A DNA stretch of 53,510 nt from an uncultured Spirochaetaceae bacterium (GCA_964457385.1 CAYWGW010000004.1:1-53510); one strand, 5' to 3'. Counted from the stretch's first letter, positions 18,822 through 29,560 are shown. A program made the numbers and translations. The notes: generated by a model not told the origin, from the letters alone.

Positions 18822-21800
18822 CTACCCGGGCTCGATCACCTGCGCCAGGCTCTCGCCGAGCTGACGGAGGATTCGGGTCAGCAGCGTTCGGGCGGGTCGT
18901 GAGCGCTCGGTCAGGGCTGCGATCATCGTCTGCCCGGATTCGATCTGCTCCGGGTCCAGTCCCTCCAGCACGAGCAGACCCCGCAGTACGGCCGCCAGAT
19001 CCCCCCCGTTGCGATCGACGAGCTGAGCGGCGGCGAGGCTGCGCAGCTCGCTCGCCCAGGCGACCAGATCGATTGCCTCGATGTCGGACAGGCTCGTCTC
19101 CTCGAGGAGCCGTCTCGCCTTGCGACGGGTCCAGCGTCCCAGCGCTCGATCGAGGGCGGTCCGGCGTGCGCGGTCGCCGCCCTCGATCATCGAGTCGAGC
19201 AGCAGGCTGGCGATGGAGCGGAACAGATCCGCTCGTTCCTCGTCCGTCAGAAGCGTGAGTCCGGGCGCCGCGAGCTCCGCCTCCAGCCCGAGGAGCTCTT
19301 CGATGGTCCGCGCGATCGCGGGGTCGACGGTCTCGGCAGGAGGCCGATCGATCTCCTGCAGAAGCGGTCCGAGCTCGTCTCGCAACAGATGCGCCAGGCG
19401 CCGTAGTCCTTCGTGGGCGGCTTCGGGCATCGGCGGGCCGGGATGAACTTCGAGGCGGAGTCGATCGGAAGCCTTCGAGTCTCCCGCAGGCGAAGCCTGT
19501 CCGAGAGCGCATAGCACCGCCCGGACGTTTTGCGCGATCCCCTCTTCCTGGTGGCGTTCAGCGAGATCGATCAAGGCTCGTAGGGAGCTCGCGGAGGTGG
19601 GTGACTCCTCGAGGATCGAGCGATGAATGGCAAGCGCGTCGGCCGCGCGCCCCGGAGCATGCAGCAGCAGGCCTGCGAGGGCCGTGCGCGCCACGCGGAG
19701 CTCGGGTTGCAGCAGCAGTGCCCCTTCGTAGGCACGGACTGCGGCGGGAAAGTCCTCCAGCGGGCCCGAGAGCAGTCGCCCGCGTTCGACCAGGACGGCA
19801 GCCAGCGTCGGGCTGGTCGGGTCGGGATGGGCATCCACGAAACGGGCGAGCACGCCGTCCGCGGCGACCCAGTCGCCATCCAGACGGGCCAGCCGCGACT
19901 CGCACAGGACGGCCTCGACGCAGCGCGGCTCCCAGCGCGCGGCCTCGGCATAGCGTTCTCTGGCCGCTTCGCGACGGCCAGCGGCTTCCTCGAGCCGCGC
20001 CAGGCGAAGCGAGATCTGGGCGGAGAGAGAATCGGGCACGACCGCGTCGAGGGCGGCCTCGCAGACCCGGCGCGCCTCCTCCTCGATTCCCCGGGAGCCG
20101 ACGATTTCCGTGAGCAGCAACCAGGCGGGAGTGAGGCGCGGATCCGATTCGGTCGCGTTCTCGAGATGGCGCTCGGCCCGGTCGGCCTGTCCCGCCGCCC
20201 ACGCCGCCTCTGCGGCACGCAGGCGGATCGCCGCCCGCCGTACGGGATCCGGGTCCTGGTCGGCCCAGGCTTCGAGGACGCCGAGTGCTTCGTCCGTGCG
20301 CGCCGCCCGCTCATGCACACGTACGAGACCTTCGTAGGCAAGCTCGAGGTCCCCCGACAGAGCAAGCGCCTCTTCGTAGTGTGCCTGGGCGGCCTCGGTC
20401 AGGCCCTCGGTCTCGAGGCAGCGGCCGAGCATCGCCCGCTGGGCGGCGCCGGCAGGATTTTCTTCGGAGAGGGCCAATCGATGCTCGAGTAGCGGACGAG
20501 CCGCTCGATGATCTCCATCCTCGAATTCCGCTTCGGCGAGGCTTTCGAGCGCCTCCGGCTGATCCGGGTCGAGATCGAGGACGATGCGGAAGTGGCGCCG
20601 GAGGAGGGCGCGCTCGCCGAGCTTGCGGGCGGAACGACCGCCGAGCAGGGCGACCTCGGCCCGGACCTCGGCTGAAAGCGCGTTCGGCTCGTCGACCGCC
20701 ACCTCCGACAGCGTCAGGACGCGATCGGCCTCGCAGACGATCTGCTCGTCGTACCCGAGACGGGCCGCGACACGCACCAATGCGATCGCGGCCTCGATCG
20801 AGCCGGGGGCCTCGAGGACGGCTCGCTCCAGCAGCGTGCGCGCGCGTGCGGGATCGGATTCGGCGACCAACGCCGCGGCGCTCGCGAGATGGCGCGCGCC
20901 GGTCTCGGGATCGCTCCGGTCGGCAGCGGTCTCGAAGGCGGCCACCGCTGCGTCGGGGCGCCCCTCTGCGACCTCCAGCTCGGCGAGGACGAGCCAGGCC
21001 GCGGTCTCGGAGGGCTTCGAGACGAGCGTGGCCTGCTCGACGCGCCTGCGGGCGCGGTCGGCATCACCCGCTTCGCGCAGTCGGCCAGCGAGTTCCAGAT
21101 GGTCTCCGGCCACGGCCGCCGAGTCCTCTCGATCGCACCAACTGCCGAAGGCCGCGACGAATCCTTCGTAGTCGTCCTGCGTCTCGCAGAGACGAGCGAG
21201 GCACAGCTCGTCGTGGGCGGAGAGCGGTTGAAGGACCGCTGCCGCTCGATAGGCTTCAATGGCTTCGGCAGGCATGCCGTGATCCCGTTCCAGTGTCGCG
21301 ATGCGAAGCCAAAGCGTGCGTCTCCGATCGTCGTGTTCAGCGGCTTCCGGCAGCAGCGCGAGCTCGCGCCGATGAAGCGGCAGCGCTCTGGCCTCTTCCC
21401 CGCACGCCTCGTGGAGGCTGGCGAGCGCGCGCAGCACGGTGAGGTTGCCGGGTTCCAGATCGAGAGCGCGGATGTAGGCAACCGCGGCTCGTTCCCCCGC
21501 CGCCAGGCGCTGCCAGCAGAGATCGCCCAGGCGCTGGGCCAGGGCGGCCCGTTGCGATCGCGTCTGAGCGCTCGCATCCGCGCGATCGAGCTCCAGCACG
21601 AGGGCATCGGCAAGGCCGGGCCAATCGCGCAATCGTTCGCAGCAGCGCCGGAGCCCGCGAATTGCTTCGAGAGAATCGGGAAGCATCCGACGCAGCTGCT
21701 CGTAGGCGAGGCGGGCGCTCCGGCAGTCGCCGAGTACCTCCTCCCGGAGTCGTCCCAGCTCGAGCCATTCGTCGGCCTCACCGCGTCCCGCGTTGAGATC

Positions 21801-24800
21801 GCGGTCCAGGCTCTCCGCGAGCTCCAGTCGACGACCGGTGCGTCTCAGCAGATCCCGGAGCCGGACCCGTGCCCGAGCCCCCGCCTCGGACTCGGCTTCA
21901 CCGAGCTGCCGCAGCAGGACGAGCGCTCGATCCGGGTTACCGATCTCTTCGTCGTAGACCCGGGCGAGCTCTTCGCGCAGGGCCCGTACGGAGTCCTCGG
22001 GTGTCGCCCGGGCGATCTCCGGATGGCCTTCGATCAGCTCGAGTCTTCGTTCGGCTGCGCGCGCCCAGGCGTCGGGACGAGCTACCGCCTGGAGGGCCGA
22101 ATCGAGCGCGCCGAGTGCGCGGAGCTCGCGGTCGGGATCGTCCCGCGTGGCGTCGACGTTGCGAAGCAGGGGCTCGACGGCGCGCTCGGGCATGGCGAGA
22201 TCCACGCAGTAGAGCGAGGCCAACGTCTCGCGCAACTCGAACCCCGCCCGGCCATCCAGCGTCCGAACCCGTCGTTCCAGGATTGCGGCTCGTTCGAAGG
22301 GGCGTTGCAGGGTTTCGTAGAGCCGGTCCAGCTCGGCCAGGACGTCGTCTGGCTCCTCCTCGATCTCGAGCGCCTGTTGATAGGCGAGAATCGCCCGGCT
22401 GGGCGCGCCCAGCTCTTGCTCGAGGAGCGCGGCGCGGGCCCGATGAAGGCAGCCGCGCTCCGCGGGCGCCGTTCGCAGGGCAAGCTCGTCGTCCATCGCT
22501 CGCAGGGCCGCCTCGAAGCGGCCCGCCCTCCGATGGGCTTCGGCCATGCGCGCGAGCAGATCCGGGTCGTCGGGCTGCTCCGCGCGCAGCCGGACGATCC
22601 AGGGCAGGGCCGCATCCGGCCCCAGCTTCTCCCAGGCGATCTCGAGCGCCTGTTCGAAGAGCTCGATTCGGCGATCGTCGCCGGCCTCCGAAGCCTCGAG
22701 GAAGAGACAGTCGAGCAGCGCCGGCCAGCGTCCCAGACGTTCGAGCAGTGTGAGCAGGGCCTGCCGGGCGCTCCTGCGCGAAGGGTCGAGGGCGAGGGCC
22801 TCCCGGAAGCAGGGCAGGGCGCGCTCTGGCTGTGGGTCTCCTTCGGCGAGCAGCAGCCCGCGGAGCTCCAGCAACCTCGCGCGGTCGACGGCGAGGAGTG
22901 GGCTCTCGAGTGCGCGCTCGAGCAATGCGAGGCGTCTGCCCGAGTCTCCCAGTGATTCGGCCAGGGCGAGTGCGCGGTCGAAGGCTTCGCGGTGATGGGG
23001 ATGAAGCTCCAGGATCGCCTCGAGCTGCGCGAGGGCCTCCCGCGGCTCGTCGCGCGAGTGTGCATGCAACGCGGCGAGTTCCAGCCGCAGCGCGAGCGCT
23101 TCGTCCGCAGCGGCGAAGGGAAGCCGTTTCTCGAGCAGCTCGACCAGCGGCTCGGCCTCGCCGACTTCGCGATAGATCGCGATCAGGGCATCTTCGATCT
23201 CGCGATCGTTGGGCGCATCGACCCACGCCGTCCGATAGGCGAGGGCGGCCTCCTCGAGATGACCCTGCCGTGCCTCGCTGGCACCGAGGCGCATGCGCCA
23301 CGCGAGCGAGCCCGGTCCGAGCTCCGAGCGGGCGAGTACCTTGCGACAGAGCTCGGCGAGGGCAGGCTCGTCCGCCGTCCGGCGGTAGATCTCGGCGAGG
23401 GACTCGGCCACCGGATCCGCGAGGTCGGCGGCGTCGCGCAGGGCCTCGAAGAGCTCCCGCGCCCGCTCGAGGTCGTCGAGCCCGTCGAGATAGAGCGCTG
23501 CCAGTCGCAGCTGCAGATCCTCGATCCCGGGCTCGCCATCGAGCCTCATCCGGTCGAGGCGGCCCCCGAGAACGCGGGCGGCTTCCGCCGGCCGACCCTC
23601 TCCCTGGTAGTGCGAGGCGAGGGTCTCGACCGCCTCGGAGTGTCCCGGCTCCAGCTCGAGAACCCGTTCGTAGTGGTCGTAGGCTGCGGCGGCGTCACGG
23701 TCTCGCGGTCGCCGCTCGTCGTCGAGCAGCAAACGGGCGGCGCCGACCCGCAACACCCTTTCGCGCTCCGCCGCCGGCGCGTGGGCGAGCTCGGCTTCGA
23801 CGACCCGAAGCCAGTCGGCCGCGCGGCCCGGGTCATGGGCATAGAGCACCTCGAGGGCCTGCCAGGCGTGGATCCGCTCCGGATCGATGCGGAGGATGGC
23901 CTCATACTGCTGAGCGCAGCCCTCCGTGTCCTGGAGCCGATCGCCGCAGAGGTGGGCGATGCGTTCGCGCAGCGCGAGCTCCTCGCTGATCGAAACGCCG
24001 TCGAGACGTCGAAGCAGCAGGTCGCGAAGGCGTCGCCATTGTCCCGTCGACTCGAGCAGCGTCTCGAGGCGTCCGAGCGCGTCGCGGGCCCGCGGCGGCA
24101 GCGACGGATCGAAGGCGATGGCCTCCAGCAGATCACAGGCGGGAAGCGGCTCGGCGAGCGACTCCTCGAGCAGTGAGGCTCGCTCCAGGAGCAGGTCGAG
24201 TCGTCGCGCGCCATCGCGCTCCCGCCCGGCGCGCTGCTCGAGGATCTGGCATAGCGCTCGGGCGTCTCCCGCGACGCGGAGCGCGCGCTCGAGGTCGTCG
24301 AGGAGCGTTTCGTCTTCCGGGTGGCGGGTCTGGAGACGGGTGAGGATCGCGACGGATTCCTCGCTCCGGCCGAGCGCATCGAGTCTCAGTCGGGCGCGAC
24401 GACGATCGAGGGCGAGCGCCTCGGGCGAGTCGTCCCCGATTCGCTCGCGTCGCTCGTCGAGCAGCTGGACCAGCTCCGCATAACGTCCAGCTCCCTCGAG
24501 CAGGGCTTCGAGAGCCTCCCGGGCTCCTTCGGGCGGTTGCGGAAGGGAGACCAGCCGCCAGCGGACGACGATCGCCGCGGGCAGGTCGCCGAGCGGATCC
24601 TTGAGCAGCCGGGCGAGCTCTTCGAGCGGGGTGGCCTGCTGCTCGGGGAGGAGCAGGTCCGCTGTTCGACGCAGGGTCTGGGCGAGCTCGCGCGGGGATC
24701 CGATCCTTCGGTAGCCGTCGCAGAGGGCCTCGAGGAGCTCGAGGTCGTCGGGCGAGGCGAGACTCGCCTCCTCGAGGGCCGTGACGGCGGCCGGGTGGTT

Positions 24801-26762
24801 CCGTCGGTCGGTCTCGAGCCGGGCGACACGCAGGAGCGTCGCGCTACGGGCGGAGCCGGTCTGCAGCCGAGCGAGGGACCGCCGCGCGTCGAGCTCGGCC
24901 TCCGGCCGGTCGATCCGCTGTGCGAGATCGGCGCAGAGTTCGAGCGGCTGGCTGCGGCCGGCTGCCATGCGGCTCCAGCGCAGAGCCCAGTCGAGGGCCT
25001 CTTCGAGCTGCTGGCGTTGCTCGAGGATCGGCAGGACGATCTGGACCAGCTCAGCCATGCGCGACTCGGCGGGATCGTTCGAGGCTTCGCGTTCGCAGAG
25101 TTCGAGAATCAGCTCCGGGTCACCGCTTCGTCGTGCCAGCCGCCCCAGGCCCGCGAGTGCGGCGCGACAGTCGGACTGCCGCTCGAGCGCCTGGTCGAAG
25201 CAGCCGCGCGCTCCGGGCAGATCGTCGAAGTCGTCGAGCAGCAGGTCGCCGAGGCTTGCGAGAAGCGGTGGGGGAGCGGAAGCGCCGAGTGCAGCGATCG
25301 CCGTTTCGAAGAGGGTTCGGAGCGCGGCGGGATCGTTGGATTTCCGATGGATCGCTTCGAGCGCATCGCGCGCCTCGGGGTGGCCAGGGTCGAGCTCGAA
25401 GGCGCGCTGCCAGGCGTCGGCCGCCCTGTCGGCGTCGTCGAGATCCTCCTGATGGAGACGGGCCAGCTCCCGCAGCCTCGCGGCGCGCTCCGCGTCGGGG
25501 TCGCCCTCATCCAGCTCGGTCCAGCTCTCGAGCACCTCGGCCAGCGCCCTGCGGTCGCTGGTGCGGCGCAGGCAATCCGTCGTCAAGGCCAGCAGCTCGC
25601 GGCGGTCCGTGCCCTGCCGCGCATGACCCCGCTCGCCGAACCGGGCGAGGGCGGCGAGGGCCGCTTCGGGCTGGTCGAAGCGGGCATGCAGCCGGGCCGC
25701 CTCGATGAGAAGGCTGCCCGGAGTCACCCGGGCTGCGACCGCGATCAGCCGATCCAGGGTCTCGAGGAGGGCCTCCGAATCACCCTCTCTGCGTTCGACG
25801 TCAGCTCGGGCCAACAGTACTGCGGGCTCGTCCGAAGCGAGCTCCCAGGCGCGCTCCACCCAGGCCCGGGCGGCGCCACTCGATCCGAGCTCGGTGAGAG
25901 CCAGCTGGCTCGCCTCGACCGCGATCGACGCTCGCTGGCGAGCGCCGACCGCGAGATCGAAGCGCCGCTCGAGCAGCTCGGCGACGCGGTGCCAGTCTTC
26001 GCCGGCCGTGGCGAGCAGCAGCGCCCACTCCACGGCGGCCGTCTGGAAGGGATCGTCCTCCAGCGCGTGATCGAAGCAGGCGGCGGCTCGCGTGGGGTTC
26101 CCGAGGACGTTGCCGTAAAGCGTGCCCAGGGCGATCCAGGCTGGAGCGCGCTCGGGTCCCCGCAGCCGGGCGGTCAGGCGTTCGAGCACCGCAACCGCCG
26201 CTTCGGGACGCCCCGCGGCCCGATGCAGCTCGGCCAGCCCCGCCAGCGCCTCGGGCTGGTCGGGCTCGGCCTCGAGCGCTCGCTCGTAGGCCTTGCGGGC
26301 CTCGTCCGGATCGTCGAGCTGCTGCTGCCAGATCCGGCCGAGATCCGCCTCGAAGGCGGCGCGCTCGAAGGCTGCCATCGCGGTCTGCCCCTCGAGCTCC
26401 GCGATCTGGAGCACGAGATCCCATTTCCCTGCCCGCTCGTGGATCCCCCGCAGCTGGCGCAGGGCGGGGCGATGACCCGGATCGAGGCGCGCGAGCTGCC
26501 AGTAGGTCTCGGCAGCAGCCTCCAGATCGAGTAGGCGTTCTTCCTGGATCTGGGCGAGCCGGAACATCAGCGGCGCTCGCCGCGAGTCCTGGGCGCCCAT
26601 CGAAGGCGCCTCCAGGCGGCGACGGTAGAGATCGACCAGCGCCGGCCAGTCGCCTTCGAGGAAGTAATGCTCCTCCAACGCGTCGAAGGCGCGAGCGTCG
26701 TCGAGGTTGCGGGCGAAGGCGTCTTGATGTGCGCCGAGATGTGCGTCGAGACCCTTCGGCAA
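18822..26762 (-). CDS. Giant TPR-repeat protein (2646 aa; AgmK/GltI-like myxobacterial scaffold)
   Basis: Continuous TPR-like repeats (e.g. A..AY.RALE.DP....A...L) and repeated 'W..L...L.RR' motifs; no signal peptide or TM helix seen. Confidence 0.85.
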   Translation of the reverse strand: MPKGLDAHLGAHQDAFARNLDDARAFDALEEHYFLEGDWPALVDLYRRRLEAPSMGAQDSRRAPLMFRLAQIQEERLLDLEAAAETYWQLARLDPGHRPALRQLRGIHERAGKWDLVLQIAELEGQTAMAAFERAAFEADLGRIWQQQLDDPDEARKAYERALEAEPDQPEALAGLAELHRAAGRPEAAVAVLERLTARLRGPERAPAWIALGTLYGNVLGNPTRAAACFDHALEDDPFQTAAVEWALLLATAGEDWHRVAELLERRFDLAVGARQRASIAVEASQLALTELGSSGAARAWVERAWELASDEPAVLLARADVERREGDSEALLETLDRLIAVAARVTPGSLLIEAARLHARFDQPEAALAALARFGERGHARQGTDRRELLALTTDCLRRTSDRRALAEVLESWTELDEGDPDAERAARLRELARLHQEDLDDADRAADAWQRAFELDPGHPEARDALEAIHRKSNDPAALRTLFETAIAALGASAPPPLLASLGDLLLDDFDDLPGARGCFDQALERQSDCRAALAGLGRLARRSGDPELILELCEREASNDPAESRMAELVQIVLPILEQRQQLEEALDWALRWSRMAAGRSQPLELCADLAQRIDRPEAELDARRSLARLQTGSARSATLLRVARLETDRRNHPAAVTALEEASLASPDDLELLEALCDGYRRIGSPRELAQTLRRTADLLLPEQQATPLEELARLLKDPLGDLPAAIVVRWRLVSLPQPPEGAREALEALLEGAGRYAELVQLLDERRERIGDDSPEALALDRRRARLRLDALGRSEESVAILTRLQTRHPEDETLLDDLERALRVAGDARALCQILEQRAGRERDGARRLDLLLERASLLEESLAEPLPACDLLEAIAFDPSLPPRARDALGRLETLLESTGQWRRLRDLLLRRLDGVSISEELALRERIAHLCGDRLQDTEGCAQQYEAILRIDPERIHAWQALEVLYAHDPGRAADWLRVVEAELAHAPAAERERVLRVGAARLLLDDERRPRDRDAAAAYDHYERVLELEPGHSEAVETLASHYQGEGRPAEAARVLGGRLDRMRLDGEPGIEDLQLRLAALYLDGLDDLERARELFEALRDAADLADPVAESLAEIYRRTADEPALAELCRKVLARSELGPGSLAWRMRLGASEARQGHLEEAALAYRTAWVDAPNDREIEDALIAIYREVGEAEPLVELLEKRLPFAAADEALALRLELAALHAHSRDEPREALAQLEAILELHPHHREAFDRALALAESLGDSGRRLALLERALESPLLAVDRARLLELRGLLLAEGDPQPERALPCFREALALDPSRRSARQALLTLLERLGRWPALLDCLFLEASEAGDDRRIELFEQALEIAWEKLGPDAALPWIVRLRAEQPDDPDLLARMAEAHRRAGRFEAALRAMDDELALRTAPAERGCLHRARAALLEQELGAPSRAILAYQQALEIEEEPDDVLAELDRLYETLQRPFERAAILERRVRTLDGRAGFELRETLASLYCVDLAMPERAVEPLLRNVDATRDDPDRELRALGALDSALQAVARPDAWARAAERRLELIEGHPEIARATPEDSVRALREELARVYDEEIGNPDRALVLLRQLGEAESEAGARARVRLRDLLRRTGRRLELAESLDRDLNAGRGEADEWLELGRLREEVLGDCRSARLAYEQLRRMLPDSLEAIRGLRRCCERLRDWPGLADALVLELDRADASAQTRSQRAALAQRLGDLCWQRLAAGERAAVAYIRALDLEPGNLTVLRALASLHEACGEEARALPLHRRELALLPEAAEHDDRRRTLWLRIATLERDHGMPAEAIEAYRAAAVLQPLSAHDELCLARLCETQDDYEGFVAAFGSWCDREDSAAVAGDHLELAGRLREAGDADRARRRVEQATLVSKPSETAAWLVLAELEVAEGRPDAAVAAFETAADRSDPETGARHLASAAALVAESDPARARTLLERAVLEAPGSIEAAIALVRVAARLGYDEQIVCEADRVLTLSEVAVDEPNALSAEVRAEVALLGGRSARKLGERALLRRHFRIVLDLDPDQPEALESLAEAEFEDGDHRAARPLLEHRLALSEENPAGAAQRAMLGRCLETEGLTEAAQAHYEEALALSGDLELAYEGLVRVHERAARTDEALGVLEAWADQDPDPVRRAAIRLRAAEAAWAAGQADRAERHLENATESDPRLTPAWLLLTEIVGSRGIEEEARRVCEAALDAVVPDSLSAQISLRLARLEEAAGRREAARERYAEAARWEPRCVEAVLCESRLARLDGDWVAADGVLARFVDAHPDPTSPTLAAVLVERGRLLSGPLEDFPAAVRAYEGALLLQPELRVARTALAGLLLHAPGRAADALAIHRSILEESPTSASSLRALIDLAERHQEEGIAQNVRAVLCALGQASPAGDSKASDRLRLEVHPGPPMPEAAHEGLRRLAHLLRDELGPLLQEIDRPPAETVDPAIARTIEELLGLEAELAAPGLTLLTDEERADLFRSIASLLLDSMIEGGDRARRTALDRALGRWTRRKARRLLEETSLSDIEAIDLVAWASELRSLAAAQLVDRNGGDLAAVLRGLLVLEGLDPEQIESGQTMIAALTERSRPARTLLTRILRQLGESLAQVIEPG

Positions 26763-26927
26763 GGCTCCCTCTCGAGGGGGTCGGGTACTCTCTCCGGGGC
26801 GCCCCCGGGCCTTCTATCGACCGGCAATCGGCGGGCCTTGATCGCGGATCCTCCTCTACTGAGCAGGAGGCGGGGGAGCATTGGGTGGGGCGGCCGCGAC
26901 GGCCGTCCGGGGGCTCGGAGGTCGTCG

Positions 26928-27374
26928 ATGTCGCTCGTGTGGCGGGTCCGGACGGTCGGGCCGGAGGGAGTCGATCGGGCCGTGGATCTTGTGGCGCGGA
27001 GTCTGCCCGGGGGCTGGGGGCCCGTGGCGGTCGCGGGCGCTCTGGAGGCTCCGATGGCCCGGGTCGTCTGGGCCCTCGGACCCGGGGAGCGACCGCTGGG
27101 CATCGTGCTGGCCCGCCGCGTCGTCGATCTGCTCGAGATCGACCAGGTGGGCGTGCTGCCCGAGGCGCGCCGATCGGGCGCCGCGACGGCGATGATCGAG
27201 GCGCTGATCCGGGGCGGGACCGCCGAGGGCCTGGTGGAGGCGCGCCTCGAGCTCGCCGAGTCGAATGCGGCGGCCCGCGCCCTCTACGATCGCCTGGGCT
27301 TCGTGGTGGTCGGTAGGCGGGCACGCTATTACCCCGACGGCGACGACGCCCTGCTGCTCTCCCGATCGCTCTGA
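26928..27374 (+). CDS. rimI: RimI-like GNAT N-acetyltransferase
   Basis: RRSGAA acetyl-CoA motif, LELAESNAAARALY..LGF, RRARYYPDGDDAL; SD GGAGG upstream. Confidence 0.75.
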   Translation: MSLVWRVRTVGPEGVDRAVDLVARSLPGGWGPVAVAGALEAPMARVVWALGPGERPLGIVLARRVVDLLEIDQVGVLPEARRSGAATAMIEALIRGGTAEGLVEARLELAESNAAARALYDRLGFVVVGRRARYYPDGDDALLLSRSL

Positions 27375-27454
27375 ACGCGACCCGAGAGCGGGCGGTCGTC
27401 CTGCCGGCCGCGGTCCAATCAGGTCGTCGCGTCGGACCGGCTTCGGGGAGTCGG

Positions 27455-27480
27455 GGCAGTCGAGGCAGTCGAGGCAGTCG
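27455..27480. repeat. Intergenic 9-bp tandem repeat GGCAGTCGA x2.9
   Basis: Copies start at 27455, 27464 and 27473. Confidence 0.85.
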
Positions 27481-27509
27481 GGTCCGAGGCGAGCGAGACG
27501 GGGAGCGGA

Positions 27510-28388
27510 GTGAGCTTGGGGGCAGCAGCGACCAGGGGCCTGGGATCCGAGGCCCCGCCGATCCGTGTTCATGCGCGGGTCGTCGCCAATACGGCGGAGG
27601 GCAGTGGTTGGAAGCTGCTGCTCGAGGTGCCGGGCTGGCCGGGCGCGCGTCCCGGGCAGTTCGTGATGCTCGGGCCCGGGGCCGAGTCGGCCGTGGTGCG
27701 CCGTGATCCGTTGCTGCCGCGCCCGATGGCCGTGTATCGGGATCTCTCCGGTCGTGAAGGCGTCGTTCCGGACGAGGCGGCATCGGCTCGTGTCGAGGTG
27801 CTCTACCGCGTCGTCGGTCGCGGCACCGCGCTACTGGCGGAGGCGCGAGTGGGGGAATCGCTGTCGATCGTCGGCCCGCTGGGTCGCGGATTCCCGATCG
27901 AGGCCGGTGACGCGCCGGCGCTGCTGATCGGCGGGGGCACGGGCATCGCCTCGCTCTACGAGCTGGCGGCGGGACTCTTGAGGGTCGGGAGGCCGGTGCA
28001 GGTCGCGCTCGGTGCGCGCTGCGAGGCCGACCTGATCGGGCGCCGTGATTTCGAGGCCCTGGAGGGGGTCGAGCTGGTTTGCACGACCGAGGACGGGAGC
28101 TTCGGCCGCCGGGGCCGCGTGACCGAGGCGCTGTCCGAAAGCCTCACGCGCTTCGGCGGGCGGGCGGCCGTCTTCGCCTGTGGACCGACGCCGATGATGT
28201 GGGCCGCGGCCGAGCTCGCGCAGTCCCATGGTGCGGACTGCTGGGTGTCTCTCGAGAATCCAATGGCCTGCGGATTCGGCGTCTGCCTGGGCTGTGCGGC
28301 GCCGCGTCGGGAGGGCGGATTCTCGCTGGTGTGTCGGGCGGGGCCGGTGTTCGCCGCGGCAGAGATCGACTGGGAGGGGCTGCCGTGA
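27510..28388 (+). CDS. pyrK: Dihydroorotate dehydrogenase electron transfer subunit
   Basis: PGQF, RPMAV, GPLGRGF, GGGTGIA, ACGPTPMM, MACGFGVCLGC...C [2Fe-2S] motif. Confidence 0.93.
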   Translation: MSLGAAATRGLGSEAPPIRVHARVVANTAEGSGWKLLLEVPGWPGARPGQFVMLGPGAESAVVRRDPLLPRPMAVYRDLSGREGVVPDEAASARVEVLYRVVGRGTALLAEARVGESLSIVGPLGRGFPIEAGDAPALLIGGGTGIASLYELAAGLLRVGRPVQVALGARCEADLIGRRDFEALEGVELVCTTEDGSFGRRGRVTEALSESLTRFGGRAAVFACGPTPMMWAAAELAQSHGADCWVSLENPMACGFGVCLGCAAPRREGGFSLVCRAGPVFAAAEIDWEGLP

Positions 28389-29353
28389 GCATGCCGACCC
28401 GGAGCACCGCCCCGACCGCTCCGATCCCGCCGGGCCGGGTGGACGAACGCGTCGAGTTCGCGGGCATCCCGCTGCGCAATGCGGTGCTGACGGCCTCCGG
28501 CACTTTTGGCTACGGCACCGAGTTCGCTCCCTTTCTCGACCTCGAGCGGATCGGCGGCTTCGTCGCGAAGAGCCTCACCCTCGAGCCGCGCTCGGGCAAT
28601 CCTCCGCCCCGGATCGCCGAAACGCCGGCGGGCATGTTGAACGCCATCAGCATCGAGAACGTGGGCGTGCGTGCTTTTCTCGAGGAGAAGCTGCCGGCCC
28701 TGCCGGAGGGGGTGGTGGTGATTGCGAGCGCCTTCGGGACCGAGCCCGGGGGCTATGCGGAGCTGGCAGCCCGGGTCGCGGAGCATCCGCGGGTCTCGGG
28801 CATCGAGATCAACGCTTCCTGCCCCCACGTGAAGTCCGGGGGCATCGAGTTCGGCCAGGATCCGGCCTTGCTGGGCGAGCTCGTTCGGACCGTGCGCCGG
28901 GCGATCCGACTGCCCCTGCTGGTGAAGCTCTCGCCGAACGTCACCCGGATCGCGGACATGGCGCGGGTCTGCGAGGCGGAGGGGGCGGACGGCGTCTCGT
29001 TGATCAATGCGATCCAGGCGATGGAGGTGGACGTCGAGACCCGCAGGCCGGTGCTGTCGAATGTGCTGGGTGGGCTGTCGGGACCGGCGATCCGACCGAT
29101 CGCCCTGCGCATGGTCTGGCAGGTTGCGCGGGCCGTGAAGATTCCCCTCTGCGGCGTCGGCGGGATCTCGGACGCTGCCGACGCCGTCAAGTTCCTGCTC
29201 TGCGGGGCGACGGCCGTCCAGGTGGGCACCCTGAATTATCTCGACCCCGCGGCGGCGGGCCGGATCGCGCAGGGAATCGCGGAGTACGCGGCCCGCCATG
29301 GCTTCGCACGGGTCGCGGATTTGACCGGGGCACTCGAGACCCCGCGGGTCTGA
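28385..29353 (+). CDS. pyrD: Dihydroorotate dehydrogenase B catalytic subunit (class 1B)
   Basis: ASGTFGYG, GNPPPRIAE, NASCPHV, KLSPNVT, GGLSGPAIRP, GVGGI; GTGA overlap with pyrK. Confidence 0.95.
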   Translation: MSMPTRSTAPTAPIPPGRVDERVEFAGIPLRNAVLTASGTFGYGTEFAPFLDLERIGGFVAKSLTLEPRSGNPPPRIAETPAGMLNAISIENVGVRAFLEEKLPALPEGVVVIASAFGTEPGGYAELAARVAEHPRVSGIEINASCPHVKSGGIEFGQDPALLGELVRTVRRAIRLPLLVKLSPNVTRIADMARVCEAEGADGVSLINAIQAMEVDVETRRPVLSNVLGGLSGPAIRPIALRMVWQVARAVKIPLCGVGGISDAADAVKFLLCGATAVQVGTLNYLDPAAAGRIAQGIAEYAARHGFARVADLTGALETPRV

Positions 29354-29363
29354 TGCGGCTTCC

Positions 29364-29392
29364 TTGCCATCGGCAGGGCTTTCGTTTAATTT
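29364..29392 (+). promoter_or_regulatory. Putative sigma70 promoter of the rimP-nusA-infB operon
   Basis: TTGCCA-17 nt-TAATTT in an AT-enriched patch. Confidence 0.55.
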
Positions 29393-29532
29393 GCGCGGGC
29401 TTGCGGAGCTTTCGAGCTTCGCGGGAACAGCTTTTCGGGTCGCTCGACGCCCGATCTCGAACGATGCGGACGGGGGCGGTCGACAGGCCCCGCCGGGTCG
29501 GGACGGGGTGGCGTCGAGTCGGAGCCGCCAGG

Positions 29533-29560
29533 AAAGTGGGCGTTGAGTCCGCTTTTTTTG
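29533..29560 (+). terminator. rimP leader hairpin / intrinsic terminator-like attenuator
   Basis: AAAGTGGGC-GTTGA-GTCCGCTTT stem (two G-U pairs) running into a T7 tract, at the position typical of rimP leaders. Confidence 0.7.

Noticed and set aside
19571-27783. Many 200-740 aa alternative-frame ORFs over the giant TPR gene
   Set aside because: They are Arg/Pro/Ala-rich shadow ORFs with no recognisable motifs, as expected in ~70% GC DNA.
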